Shown: positions 17,804 through 27,443, counted from the stretch's first letter. The stretch is 64,000 nucleotides of DNA from Acidobacteriota bacterium (GCA_040007095.1 JBDTVS010000181.1:1643-65642), one strand, 5' to 3'. The notes: generated by a model from the letters alone, not told the origin. Numbers and translations: made by a program.

Positions 17804-18772
17804 ATGGCCGACAAGAAAATCATTGCGGTAGTGGGATCCACCGGCGCGCAGGGCGGTGGTCTGGTCGAGGCGATTCTGGCCGATCCGAATGGCGGATTCG
17901 GCGCCCGCGCGATCACGCGCGACACAGCCAAGGACAAGGCCACAGCGATCGCCGCCAAGGGCGGGGAAGTGGTCCAGGCCGATCTCGATGATGTCGAGAG
18001 CTTGAAAAAGGCGTTCGCGGGGGCATACGGCGTGTATGCCGTGACCAATTTCTGGGAGCACTTCTCCGGCGAGAAAGAAAAGACCCAGGCCAAGAACATC
18101 GCCGACGCGGCGAAGGCCGCCGGCGTCCAGCACGTGATCTGGTCGACGCTCGAAGACACGCGGACCTTGATGCAGGCCGACGACAAGCGCATGCCGATGC
18201 TGCAGGAGAAGTACCGGGTGCCGCACTTCGACGCGAAGGCCGAAGCGGACGCGTTCTTTCAGGGGGTGCCCACCACGTTCCTGGTGACGTCGTTCTACTG
18301 GGACAACCTCTATTCGTTCGGTCTCGCGCCCAAGAAAGGTGCTGACGGCCAGTACGAGTGGACGTTCCCCATGGGCGACAGCAAGCTGGCGGGCATCGCG
18401 GTCGAGGATATCGGCAAGGTCGCGTACGGGATCTTCAAGGCCGGTCAGCAGTATGTCGGCAAGACGGTGGGCATCCTGGGTGAGGCCCTGACGATCAGCG
18501 AGATGGGCGAGAAAATCTCGACCGCGATGGGCGTCGGTCCGGTCCGCTACAACGCCGTCGACGCGGACCTCTACCGCAGCTTTGGATTCCCGGGCGCGGA
18601 CGAGATGGGCAACATGTTCCAGGTGTACCGCGATTTCGCCGCCGAAGTGCTGGCGGCGCGCAGCGTGGACGTGGCGCGGCAGCTCAATCCGCAGCTTCAG
18701 AGCTTCGATCAGTTCCTCGCGAAGAACAAGAGCAAGATCGAGCCTGCGATGAATCCCGCGCCGGCACAGTAG
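17804..18772 (+). CDS. NmrA/HSCARG family NAD(P)-binding protein
   Basis: Motifs VVGSTGAQGG, AFAGAYGVYAVTNFWE, IWSTLED, PHFDAK. AGGA RBS before ATG 17804. Confidence 0.92.
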   Translation: MADKKIIAVVGSTGAQGGGLVEAILADPNGGFGARAITRDTAKDKATAIAAKGGEVVQADLDDVESLKKAFAGAYGVYAVTNFWEHFSGEKEKTQAKNIADAAKAAGVQHVIWSTLEDTRTLMQADDKRMPMLQEKYRVPHFDAKAEADAFFQGVPTTFLVTSFYWDNLYSFGLAPKKGADGQYEWTFPMGDSKLAGIAVEDIGKVAYGIFKAGQQYVGKTVGILGEALTISEMGEKISTAMGVGPVRYNAVDADLYRSFGFPGADEMGNMFQVYRDFAAEVLAARSVDVARQLNPQLQSFDQFLAKNKSKIEPAMNPAPAQ

Positions 18773-18800
18773 CATCGAGCACGCTCACAGAGCTCAGGAC

Positions 18801-18843
18801 GGGGCTCAGAGATCAGGTGCTTGTTACCCGATCGCTGAGCCCC
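18801..18843 (+). terminator. Stem-loop after the NmrA gene
   Basis: ggggctcag / ctgagcccc stem with an inner gatc pair and a weak T tail. Confidence 0.4.
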
Positions 18844-18984
18844 TTGCGTTGTCGCCCCCGGGCCGGATGCCGCTCTTGCGGCGCATTTTCACGTGCAAAT
18901 GCCACCACGACCGCACGAAGACACAGAAGAGTCATCCTGTCTTGGCTGTGGCGCCTTCATCACGGAGTACACTGACTAACCCGC

Positions 18985-19866
18985 ATGGCAAACCTCGGAT
19001 ACGTCGGCCTCGGCGCGATGGGCGGCCTCATGGCCGAGCGTCTAATCAGCAAGGGCCATTCGGTCACCGGCTACAACCGCACGAAGTCGAAGGCGCAAGG
19101 ACTCATCGACCAGGGGATGCAGTGGGCTGATTCGCCGCGCGAGGTCGCGGCGGCATCCGAGGCGACCTTCGTGATGGTGACCAATTCCGCCGCGCTCGAA
19201 GCGGTGGCCAACGGTCCCGATGGATTGCTCGCCGGACTGGGCAGCGGTAAGCTGCTCATCGACATGAGCACGGTCAGCCCGGCGGTCAGCCGCGCGTTGG
19301 CTCTGAGAGTCCGCGCCCAGGGTTCGGACATGGTGGATGCTCCTGTCTCCGGCAGCGTCGTCACGCTGCAGCAGGGCAAGTTGTCGGTGATGGTCGGCGG
19401 TGAGAAGGGCGGCTTCGATCGGGCGAAGCCGCTGCTCGACGACGTCGGACCGCGGGTGACGCACGTGGGTCCCAACGGGCTTGCACTGTCGATGAAGATC
19501 GCGATCAATCTCAGCCTGGCCGTGCAGATGCTGGCGTTCTCAGAAGGCCTGCTACTGGCGGAGAAGAGCGGCATTCCGCGCGAGGTCGCCGTCGACGTGA
19601 TGACCCACAGCGTCATCGGATCGCCGATGGTGCAATACCGGGGACCGATGGTGCTCAACATGCCGGAGGAAGCCTGGTTCGACGTCAACATGATGCAGAA
19701 AGACATGTTGCTCGCCCTCGAGATGGGCCGGCAGCTGGACGTGCCGCTCCCGACCACGGCGGTGACCAACGAGATGCTGACGGCGGCGCGGGGGATGGGG
19801 CTCGCGAAAAAGGATTTCGCAATCCTGTTCGAAGCGCTGTCGCGTATGGCAGGAGTCCAGAAATGA
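18985..19866 (+). CDS. NAD(P)-dependent beta-hydroxyacid dehydrogenase (3-hydroxyisobutyrate/tartronate semialdehyde reductase family)
   Basis: Motifs GYVGLGAMG, IDMSTVSP, DAPVSGS, MKIAIN, MMQKDM. Confidence 0.92.
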   Translation: MANLGYVGLGAMGGLMAERLISKGHSVTGYNRTKSKAQGLIDQGMQWADSPREVAAASEATFVMVTNSAALEAVANGPDGLLAGLGSGKLLIDMSTVSPAVSRALALRVRAQGSDMVDAPVSGSVVTLQQGKLSVMVGGEKGGFDRAKPLLDDVGPRVTHVGPNGLALSMKIAINLSLAVQMLAFSEGLLLAEKSGIPREVAVDVMTHSVIGSPMVQYRGPMVLNMPEEAWFDVNMMQKDMLLALEMGRQLDVPLPTTAVTNEMLTAARGMGLAKKDFAILFEALSRMAGVQK

Positions 19867-20864
19867 CTGTAACGGCGAAAAAGAAGGCGGGTGTCGCCGA
19901 CGACATCGGCGCTGAACGTCTCCTGCACATGTACCGGCAGATGGTGGCGATCCGCCTGTTCGAGGAGCGTGTCAACGATCTCTACACCCGCGCGCTGATG
20001 CCCGGGTTGGCGCATCTGTACATCGGGGAAGAGGCGATCGCGGTCGGCATCTGCGAGGTGCTCACGCGCGAGGACTACATCACGAGCACGCACCGGGGTC
20101 ATGGCCACTGTCTCGCGAAGGGTGCGTCGCCGGATCGCATGTTTGCGGAGCTGCTCGGCAAAGAAGCGGGCTACTGCAAGGGCAAGGGCGGATCGATGCA
20201 TATTGCCGATCCGGCCACCGGCAACCTCGGCGCCAATGCCATCGTCGGCGGCAGTGCGGGCATTGCCACGGGCGCGGCCTTCTCCGCCAAGTATTTGAAA
20301 ACCGGGCAGGTGTCGGTGTGCTTCTTCGGTGAGGGCGCCCTCGGCCAGGGTTTGCTCTACGAGGAGATGAACCTCGCGCAGTTGTGGAAGCTGCCGGTCA
20401 TCTTCGTCTGCGAGAACAACGGCTACAACGAGTACACGCATTTTTCCGAGTCGACGGCCGGCGACGTGTGCGCGCGCGCCGCCGCGTTCGGCATCCGGAC
20501 CGAGACGGTCGACGGCCAGAACGTCCGGGCCGTCTACGCTGCGGCCCAGGCCCATATCGAGCGAGCGCGAAACGGTGAGGGCCCGGCCTTTCTCGAGTTC
20601 AAGACGTACCGCTACCACGGGCATCACGTCGGCGACATCGCCCGGGCGTACTACCGCCCGAAGGCGGAAGAAGAGGAATGGGTCACCGAGCGGGATCCCG
20701 TCACCCTCCATGGGCAGTGGCTCATGGCGAATGGCGTGGCCGATCGCGCTGCCCTCGATGCGATTCAGGACGAGCTCGTCGCGCAGATGGATGCGGCGGT
20801 GGAGTTTGCCGTCGGCTCGTCCTACCCGGACCCCAGCAAAGTGGACCAGGACATCTATGCTTGA
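19863..20864 (+). CDS. TPP-dependent dehydrogenase E1 alpha subunit (AcoA/PdhA-like)
   Basis: Motifs HLYIGEEA, STHRGHGH, GKGGSMH, FFGEGA...ENNGY. ATGA overlap with the upstream gene. Confidence 0.93.
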   Translation: MTVTAKKKAGVADDIGAERLLHMYRQMVAIRLFEERVNDLYTRALMPGLAHLYIGEEAIAVGICEVLTREDYITSTHRGHGHCLAKGASPDRMFAELLGKEAGYCKGKGGSMHIADPATGNLGANAIVGGSAGIATGAAFSAKYLKTGQVSVCFFGEGALGQGLLYEEMNLAQLWKLPVIFVCENNGYNEYTHFSESTAGDVCARAAAFGIRTETVDGQNVRAVYAAAQAHIERARNGEGPAFLEFKTYRYHGHHVGDIARAYYRPKAEEEEWVTERDPVTLHGQWLMANGVADRAALDAIQDELVAQMDAAVEFAVGSSYPDPSKVDQDIYA

Positions 20865-21858
20865 GACTGCCACACCGGTGCGAGAGCTGTCGTTCGGCGA
20901 CGCGATCAAGGAAGCCATCGCAGAAGAGATGCGCCGCGATCCGAGCGTAATCCTCATGGGAGAGGACGTGGCGGAGGCGGGCACGACCTTCAAGGTGCTC
21001 ACCGGGCTCGTCGACGAGTTCGGCAAGGATCGCATCATCGATACGCCGATTTCCGAAGCCGGCTTCACCGGCCTCGGGGTCGGCGCCGCCATGACCGGTC
21101 TGCGTCCGATCGTCGACATCATGTTCGGCGATTTCCTGACGATCATCATGGACCAGGTCGTCAACCAGGCGGCCAAGATCCACTACATGTCCGGGGGGCA
21201 CTGGAAGGTGCCGATGGTCGTTCGCTGCACGATGGGCGCGACGCGCCGGTCCGCGGCGCAGCATTCGCAGTCGCTGCACGCATGGCCGAGTCACATTCCC
21301 GGGTTGAAGGTGGTGGTGCCTTCGACGCCCTACGACGCGAAGGGACTGTTCAAGTCCGCGATTCGCGACGACAACCCGGTCGTGATCTTCGAGCACAAGA
21401 TCAGCTATCGGAAGGTCAAGGGGCCGGTGCCGGAGGGCGAATACGTCATCCCGCTGGGCGTTGCCGACGTGAAGCGGACGGGGAGCGACCTGACGATCAT
21501 CGCGCTCAGCAGCATGGTGCAGGTGGCGCTCGGCGCCGCCAAGCTGCTCGAGGACGTGGGCGTCAGCGTGGAGGTCGTGGATCCGCGTACCACGTGGCCG
21601 CTCGACGAGAAGGCGCTGATTGAGTCGGTGAAAAAGACCTCGCGCTGCATCGTGATGGACGAAGGCTACGGTCGTTATGGTGTGGCCGCCGAGCTCGCGG
21701 CGGTGGTGGCCCAAGGGGCGTTCTATCATCTCGACGCGCCGGTCTCGCGGCTGTGCGCGATGCACGTGCCGATACCGTTCTCGCCCTCGCTTGAAGACGT
21801 GACGGTGCCGAACGAGCGGCAGGTCGTCGACCTGGCGTTGAAGCTGTGCGGGAAATAG
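20857..21858 (+). CDS. TPP-dependent dehydrogenase E1 beta subunit
   Basis: Motifs MGEDV, DTPISEAG, AAQHSQS, IRDDNPVVIFEHK, PIPFSPSLE. Overlaps the E1a stop. Confidence 0.93.
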   Translation: MLETATPVRELSFGDAIKEAIAEEMRRDPSVILMGEDVAEAGTTFKVLTGLVDEFGKDRIIDTPISEAGFTGLGVGAAMTGLRPIVDIMFGDFLTIIMDQVVNQAAKIHYMSGGHWKVPMVVRCTMGATRRSAAQHSQSLHAWPSHIPGLKVVVPSTPYDAKGLFKSAIRDDNPVVIFEHKISYRKVKGPVPEGEYVIPLGVADVKRTGSDLTIIALSSMVQVALGAAKLLEDVGVSVEVVDPRTTWPLDEKALIESVKKTSRCIVMDEGYGRYGVAAELAAVVAQGAFYHLDAPVSRLCAMHVPIPFSPSLEDVTVPNERQVVDLALKLCGK

Positions 21859-21983
21859 ATGAAGGCCACCACCAGGCTGACCGGATGCGGCCAGAACACG
21901 AATCAGTGGCTCGGTCGCCGGCGCGACACGTTGCGGCGAGAATGAGCACAGTGGCGCGGCGTGCGCGCCGGGCGCTTGACGAC

Positions 21984-22023
21984 TCGGTGGTCGATCCGAT
22001 TATTCGGCGGTCGATCCGATTAT
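21984..22023. repeat. 20-bp tandem duplication overlapping a possible promoter
   Basis: tcggtggtcgatccgattat / tcggcggtcgatccgattat. TTGACG at 21976 with GATTAT 16 nt downstream. Confidence 0.75.
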
Positions 22024-22046
22024 GTGGTGTCCGGCGTCAGCCGGAC
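22023..22046. repeat. REP copy
   Basis: tgtggtgtccggcgtcagccggac. Confidence 0.75.
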
Positions 22047-22064
22047 TGTCAGAGGAGGTAAGTC

Positions 22065-23411
22065 GTGGCGATCAAAACCTACGGAACGATGGCGGTCGAT
22101 TGGGAACGGCGGATCGACTTCGATCGGCTGCGTCGCGAGCGTCTGGATCGGGTCAAGGACCTGCTGGTGAAGTCCGAAATGGGCTCGGTGCTGTGCTTCG
22201 ACATGAACAACGTGCGCTATATCACGGCGACGCACATCGGCACCTGGGCGCAGGACAAGATCAGCCGCTTCACGCTGCTCGCGCAAAACGACGAACCGAT
22301 CCTGTGGGACTTCGGATCGGCGGCCAGGCACCACGCGCTCAATTGCGACTGGCTCGGCGAGCGGTCGCGCGCAGGCATTCCGTTGATGCGCGGCGCGATG
22401 TCGCCCGAGATGGGACGCGCCGAAGAGGTCGCCAAGAAGATTCGCGTCGAGCTCGAGATGCGCGGCCTGCACAAGGAGCCGGTCGGCGTGGACGTCGTCG
22501 AGCCGCCGATCTTGTTCGCGTTGCAGAAGGAAGGCCTGACGATCGTCGACGGTCAGCAGCTGATGTCGAACGCCCGCGAGATCAAGACGCAGGACGAAAT
22601 TTCGCTGTTGACCCATTCCGCAGCGATGGTCGACGCGGCGTACCACGACCTCTACGAAGCGATGAAGCCGGGGATGCGAGAGAACGAAGCGGTCGGGCTC
22701 GTCGCGAAGCGGCTCTACGACCTCGGATCGGAGTACGTGGAAGGCGTGAACGCCATCTCCGGCGAACGCTGCAGCCCGCATCCGCACGTGTTCTCGGACC
22801 GGATGCTGCGACCAGGCGATCCGGTGTATTACGACGTGCTCCATTCCTACATGGGCTATCGCACGTGCTACTACCGCAGTTTCGCGATCGGCTCCGCCTC
22901 CCACGCGATGAACGACGCCTACAAGCGGTGCCGCGACTATCTCGACGCGGCGATCGAGCTGGTGCGGCCAGGACGGACGACCGCAGAGATTGCCGCGGTG
23001 TGGCCCAAAGCGCAGGAGTTCGGGTTTCCGAGCGAGGAAGCGGCGTTCGCGCTGCAGATGGGTCACGGCATCGGCCTCGCGATCTGGGAAAAGCCGATGA
23101 TCAGCCGTCTGGTGTCGCTCGAACACCCCCACGAGATCAAGCCGGGGATGGTGTTCGCGCTCGAGACGTTCTGGCCCTCGACAGACGGCTGGACGGCGGC
23201 CCGGATCGAGGAAGAAGTCGTCGTGACTCCGACCGGTCACGAGGTCATCACTCGGTTCCCCGCTGAGCAGTTGCTGGTCTGTGGTCGACCGTACGTGACC
23301 GTCAGCGGCCCGCTGCCGACAACGCGGGAGCTCGAAGCGCCGCCGAACCGGGAAGTGCTGGACATGATCGCGGCCGGCGCCAAGGCTGAGAGCGTCGGAG
23401 CGAATCCCTGA
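22065..23411 (+). CDS. M24 (Xaa-Pro peptidase/creatinase fold) family protein with altered metal ligands
   Basis: GAGGAGG RBS + GTG start, creatinase-type N-domain, motifs KTQDEI, GHGIG, FALET, RIEEEV. Confidence 0.9.
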   Translation: MAIKTYGTMAVDWERRIDFDRLRRERLDRVKDLLVKSEMGSVLCFDMNNVRYITATHIGTWAQDKISRFTLLAQNDEPILWDFGSAARHHALNCDWLGERSRAGIPLMRGAMSPEMGRAEEVAKKIRVELEMRGLHKEPVGVDVVEPPILFALQKEGLTIVDGQQLMSNAREIKTQDEISLLTHSAAMVDAAYHDLYEAMKPGMRENEAVGLVAKRLYDLGSEYVEGVNAISGERCSPHPHVFSDRMLRPGDPVYYDVLHSYMGYRTCYYRSFAIGSASHAMNDAYKRCRDYLDAAIELVRPGRTTAEIAAVWPKAQEFGFPSEEAAFALQMGHGIGLAIWEKPMISRLVSLEHPHEIKPGMVFALETFWPSTDGWTAARIEEEVVVTPTGHEVITRFPAEQLLVCGRPYVTVSGPLPTTRELEAPPNREVLDMIAAGAKAESVGANP

Positions 23412-23453
23412 GCGTTGTAATTCCACGATTCGTTTCTTGACACCAGTACACAT

Positions 23454-24701
23454 ATGGCCGTAAGCGTCGTCATGCCAGCCCTCGAAATGGCCCAGGAAAC
23501 GGGCAAGCTGATTTCCTGGAAAAAGAAAGAGGGCGAGAAGGTCCTCAAAGGAGAAATGCTCCTTGAGGTCGAGACCGACAAGGCCGTCGTCGAAATCGAG
23601 GCCCAGGCCGAGGGGATCCTTGGCGGCGTGACCGCGCAGGTGGGCGACGTCGTCCCGGTGGGTCAGACCATTGCCTGGCTGCTGAAGGCCGGCGAACAGG
23701 CGCCCATCACCACGACCCAGACGCAGACCGGACGAACGATGGACAAGGCCGCCGCGACGGCCGCTCCGGTGGTCACCGCTCCGGCGGGTGACGTGACCCC
23801 GGCCGGTCCGGCGCGGCTGTCGCCAAAAGCGCGACGTTTGGCCAAGGAGCTCGGTGTTGACGTCAGTCGACTCCGCGGTTCGGGGCCTGATGGCGAAATC
23901 GTGGCCGCGGACGTTCAGGCCGCCCAGGCCGCTGGCCGCGCCGCTCCGGCGTTTGCGCCTCCAGTCGTGTTGCCGACCGCTGCGGCCACTGCGACCAGCG
24001 CTCCAGCCGATATCGGATCGCTGAGCTCGATCGGCCGCCTGATGGCGCAGCGGACGACACAGAGCTGGACCACGGTTCCGCATTTCTTCGTCACTCGCGA
24101 AGTCGACGGCAGCGCCCTGGTCGCGCTTCGCCAGAAGTTGAGTCCGTCGATTGAAAAGAACCGCGGCGTAAAGCTTACCTACACCGATCTCCTGACCGCG
24201 ATCGTCGCGCGCGTGTTGAAGCAGCACCCGCGTTTGAACGCGAGTTGGATCGACGACACCATCAAGGCGAATCCAGAAGTGAAGATGGGTCTGGCCATGG
24301 CAGTGAGCGACGCCGTGGTGGTCGCGGTCGTCAACGGGGCTGATAGCGGCGACCTGGCTGGTGTGGCCGTCCAGCGGCGCGATCTTGCCGAGCGTGCACG
24401 CACCGGCAAGCTGACGCCAGGCGATATCACCGGTGCGACCTTCACGATCAGCAATCTCGGGATGTATCACGTCGATCAGTTCACGGCGATCATCGTTCCG
24501 CCGCAGGCCGCGATTCTGGCGGTTGGCGCGATGACCGATCGCGTCGTGCCGATGCCCGGTGCGTTGATACCGATCGGCGTGAAACCCATGCTGACTTTGA
24601 CGCTGTCGTGCGACCACCGCGTAGTCGACGGCGCCCGCGGCGCGGCCTTTCTCCACGACGTCGTCGAGGCCATTCAGGCGGCGGACAAGCACTTCGCGTA
24701 G
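23454..24701 (+). CDS. Dihydrolipoamide acyltransferase E2
   Basis: Lipoyl motif ETDKAVVE, E3-binding domain LSPKARRLAKELGVD, TFTISNLG, catalytic DHRVVDG. Confidence 0.93.
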   Translation: MAVSVVMPALEMAQETGKLISWKKKEGEKVLKGEMLLEVETDKAVVEIEAQAEGILGGVTAQVGDVVPVGQTIAWLLKAGEQAPITTTQTQTGRTMDKAAATAAPVVTAPAGDVTPAGPARLSPKARRLAKELGVDVSRLRGSGPDGEIVAADVQAAQAAGRAAPAFAPPVVLPTAAATATSAPADIGSLSSIGRLMAQRTTQSWTTVPHFFVTREVDGSALVALRQKLSPSIEKNRGVKLTYTDLLTAIVARVLKQHPRLNASWIDDTIKANPEVKMGLAMAVSDAVVVAVVNGADSGDLAGVAVQRRDLAERARTGKLTPGDITGATFTISNLGMYHVDQFTAIIVPPQAAILAVGAMTDRVVPMPGALIPIGVKPMLTLTLSCDHRVVDGARGAAFLHDVVEAIQAADKHFA

Positions 24702-24758
24702 CGCGGCGACAAGTGTGGCGACGTTTCCGGCGCTGAAGCCGGGAGCATTGTTCGGTCG

Positions 24759-24901
24759 AGCAGGTTGCTGAAAAACCAGCAACCTGAACTTAAGAGTGAG
24801 AACTCAGAACTTTGAAGTGCGAATTACCTGGCAATCTCGCATTCCTTCTAAGCTCTCACTTCTGAGTTTTCAGTTCGGGTTGCGTTTTTCAGCAGCCTGC
24901 T
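24759..24901. mobile_element. 143-bp palindromic MITE-like element with 17-bp terminal inverted repeats
   Basis: agcaggttgctgaaaaa / tttttcagcagcctgct (16/17), inner gcaacctgaact / agttcgggttgc, heptamer repeats inside, no ORF. Confidence 0.6.
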
Positions 24902-25035
24902 AGAGTCTGGACATCACGTACCTGTGAAAACGCACGAACTCGAGTTCGCGTCGTGGGCGTTGGTTGCGATTTCGGCGGCGTTCTCATCAATCGCGCAAGG
25001 AATCAGCGGCGGAATCGATAGTCTGGAGGCATAGC

Positions 25036-25653
25036 ATGCAGACACGACGATGGATTGTCGTGACGATCATCAGTTTGCTCGTCACGATACCGACGGCGGC
25101 GCAGGAGCGTGGACAACGCGCGGCGGGCGCAGCCGCCCCGGCAGGTCCCGCCATGACGCTGACGATACGGGCGTTCCCGGATGGCGGTCCCATTCCCGTG
25201 AGATTCAGCCAGGCCGCTGAAGGTGCCGCGCCGGGCGAAGGCACCTCGCCAGCGATCACCTGGGCCAACCCGCCGGCGGGTACTCAGTCGTTCCTCCTCA
25301 ACATGCACGATATGGACGTCGCTCGCAACAAGACGACCGACGACCAGGCGCACTGGGTCGTTTGGAATATTCCGGCGACAGCCACCGGTTTGCCCGAGGG
25401 AGTGCCGAAGGGGCCGCAGTTGGCGGACGGCAGCCATCAAATCAGTGCCACCGGCCAGGTCTATCGCGGGCCGGGCGCGCCGGCCAACGGACCACCGCAC
25501 CACTACATGTTCGAGCTCTATGCCTTGGACACCAAGCTCGACGTCCAACCGACCGCCGACGCGTTCGAGACGCGTGCAAATGTCGTGAAGGCAGCGCAGG
25601 GGCATATCCTCGGTAAAGCGGTCTACGGCGGCCTGTTCAGGCGTCCGCAGTAG
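25036..25653 (+). CDS. YbhB/YbcL family (PEBP, Raf kinase inhibitor-like) exported protein
   Basis: GGAGG RBS, signal peptide, motifs MHDMD, HWVVWNIP, YRGPGAP, HHYMFELYALD. Confidence 0.92.
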   Translation: MQTRRWIVVTIISLLVTIPTAAQERGQRAAGAAAPAGPAMTLTIRAFPDGGPIPVRFSQAAEGAAPGEGTSPAITWANPPAGTQSFLLNMHDMDVARNKTTDDQAHWVVWNIPATATGLPEGVPKGPQLADGSHQISATGQVYRGPGAPANGPPHHYMFELYALDTKLDVQPTADAFETRANVVKAAQGHILGKAVYGGLFRRPQ

Positions 25654-25703
25654 ATCGCAATCTGGGTAGGAGTGAGTCTGACTAGCGCATTTCTCGTCAA
25701 TAA

Positions 25704-25903
25704 GTAGGCGTCCGCCTTCAGGCGGACTATCACGGTCCGGCTAAATAGCCGGACGCTGCGTCGTTCCCGGCGATTCCCGACGTATTCCTCGCACCCCTCT
25801 CGAGCTCCGCCGTCCGGCTAACGCTCACCTCGGCGACGGTTGAGCCCGACACGACAATCCGGCAGTTGATCGACAGCACGGAGTGTCCGGCTTGAGCCGG
25901 ACC
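25704..25903. repeat. REP cluster between convergent genes
   Basis: gtccgccttcaggcggac (25710-25727), gtccggctaaatagccggac (25735-25754), gtccggcttgagccggac (25885-25902). Confidence 0.8.
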
Positions 25904-25925
25904 GCGATAGTCCGCCGCGGCGCCC

Positions 25926-27443
25926 TCAGCCCTCCATGGCCAGCTCACTCTGCAGGCTCGTCATGTCGCGTCCGATGGTCGCGACCGCGAGCGTGCGATC
26001 GCCGCGCTTGTAGTTGATTGCGCAGTCGCGGGCGTCGAGCGCGCCGTCGATCTGGACGGCATCCCAGTGTTCCGCGTGCCCCACATAGTTGATCGTGACG
26101 TCGTAGTGCTGGCTCCAAAAGAACGGCACCGCCTCGAATCGCTCGGCGAATCCGAGCATGTTCCGCGCCGCGACCTGACCCTGGCGTTGGGCGACGACCC
26201 AATGTTCGACGCGGATGCGCTCACCCGAGTGAGGATCCGGCCACCGCGCGACATCGCCGGCGGCGAAGATGCCAGGCGCACTGGTCTCGAGATACTCGTT
26301 GACGGCGATCCCGCGGTCGATGGTCAGCCCGGCCTGCTCGGCAAGACTTATCGCGGGCCGCACGCCAACGCCAAGCACGACGAAGTCCGCGTCGATCGTC
26401 GTCGCGTCGGTCAGCGCGACGGTACGCCCGTCGACGCGAGCGACGGTTTGCCCCAGGTGAAATGTCACGCCGTGTGCTTCGTGGAGCCGCCGGATGAACT
26501 CTCCGACTTCCGGTCCCATGATGCGCTCCAGCGGCTGATGGTCCGGCGCGACGACGTGGACGGCGAGTCCGCGCGCGTTCAGAGACGCCGCGACCTCGAG
26601 GCCGATGAAGCTCGCCCCGACGATCACCACGCTCTTCGCCGCCGCGGCTTTGGCGACAATGGCGCGGCTGTCCGCGAAGGTGCGAAGGTAATGGACCTGC
26701 GAGTCGGTCGCGCCCGGGATGCTCAACCTCACGGGCTCCGCGCCGGTCGCGATCAGCAGACAATCGAACCCATACGAACGACCGCTCTCGAGTTGGACCT
26801 GCTTCTGTCGGACGTCGAGCGAGGACACCCTCGAATTCAGGACGATGTCGATCTTTCGTTCCGTGTAGTACTCGAGAGATCGCAGCGGAATCCAATCCTC
26901 GCCGGCGGTACCTGCGAGGAAGTCCTTCGACAGATTCGGTCGATCGTTGGGCGGATAGTCGTCGGCGCTGAGCATGGTCAGCGGACCGTCGTAGCCTTCC
27001 CGGCGAAGCATGTCCGCGCCGGCGAGGCCCGCGCCGCCTCCACCGATGATGACCACCGAAGCGGGAGAGCGTCGCGCACTCGGAGCAGGCCGCGCGGGTT
27101 CAGACGCCGGCTCCTGCCGCTTCTCGCGCACGAACACGGTGTCGCCGACGCGCTCCACACGCCAGCAGGCGATCGGATCCAGGGCCGGGGCGCGCAGCGC
27201 TTCTCCGGTGCGAAGGCTGAAACACGCATGGTGCATGGGACATCGCACGGAGTCGCCGTCGATGAGACCATCGGCCAGCGGAGCATGATAGTGCGTGCAC
27301 AAGGCGCCGACGGCAAACAGGTCGTCTCCCCGACGTACCAGGAGCACATCCTCGCCGTCGACATGCCCGAGCACCTTGCCGTTGTCCGGAAGGTCCGTGA
27401 GCGGAAGTCCGCTTTTGAAGTCCGGCCCCGAAGCCTGATCCAT
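25926..27443 (-). CDS. Rieske [2Fe-2S] domain fused to FAD-dependent pyridine nucleotide-disulfide oxidoreductase (AIF3-like)
   Basis: CTHYH...CPMHH Rieske ligands, GGGGAG and GASFIG dinucleotide motifs, TSAPGIFAAGD, RVEHW, PFFWS. Confidence 0.93.
   Translation of the reverse strand: MDQASGPDFKSGLPLTDLPDNGKVLGHVDGEDVLLVRRGDDLFAVGALCTHYHAPLADGLIDGDSVRCPMHHACFSLRTGEALRAPALDPIACWRVERVGDTVFVREKRQEPASEPARPAPSARRSPASVVIIGGGGAGLAGADMLRREGYDGPLTMLSADDYPPNDRPNLSKDFLAGTAGEDWIPLRSLEYYTERKIDIVLNSRVSSLDVRQKQVQLESGRSYGFDCLLIATGAEPVRLSIPGATDSQVHYLRTFADSRAIVAKAAAAKSVVIVGASFIGLEVAASLNARGLAVHVVAPDHQPLERIMGPEVGEFIRRLHEAHGVTFHLGQTVARVDGRTVALTDATTIDADFVVLGVGVRPAISLAEQAGLTIDRGIAVNEYLETSAPGIFAAGDVARWPDPHSGERIRVEHWVVAQRQGQVAARNMLGFAERFEAVPFFWSQHYDVTINYVGHAEHWDAVQIDGALDARDCAINYKRGDRTLAVATIGRDMTSLQSELAMEG

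Noticed and set aside
25926-27443. Rieske-FAD reductase as the missing E3 or as the aromatic oxygenase reductase
   Set aside because: It lacks the redox-active CxxxxC of lipoamide dehydrogenase, is on the opposite strand and is separated by REP elements. This common stand-alone fusion needs no link to the operon.
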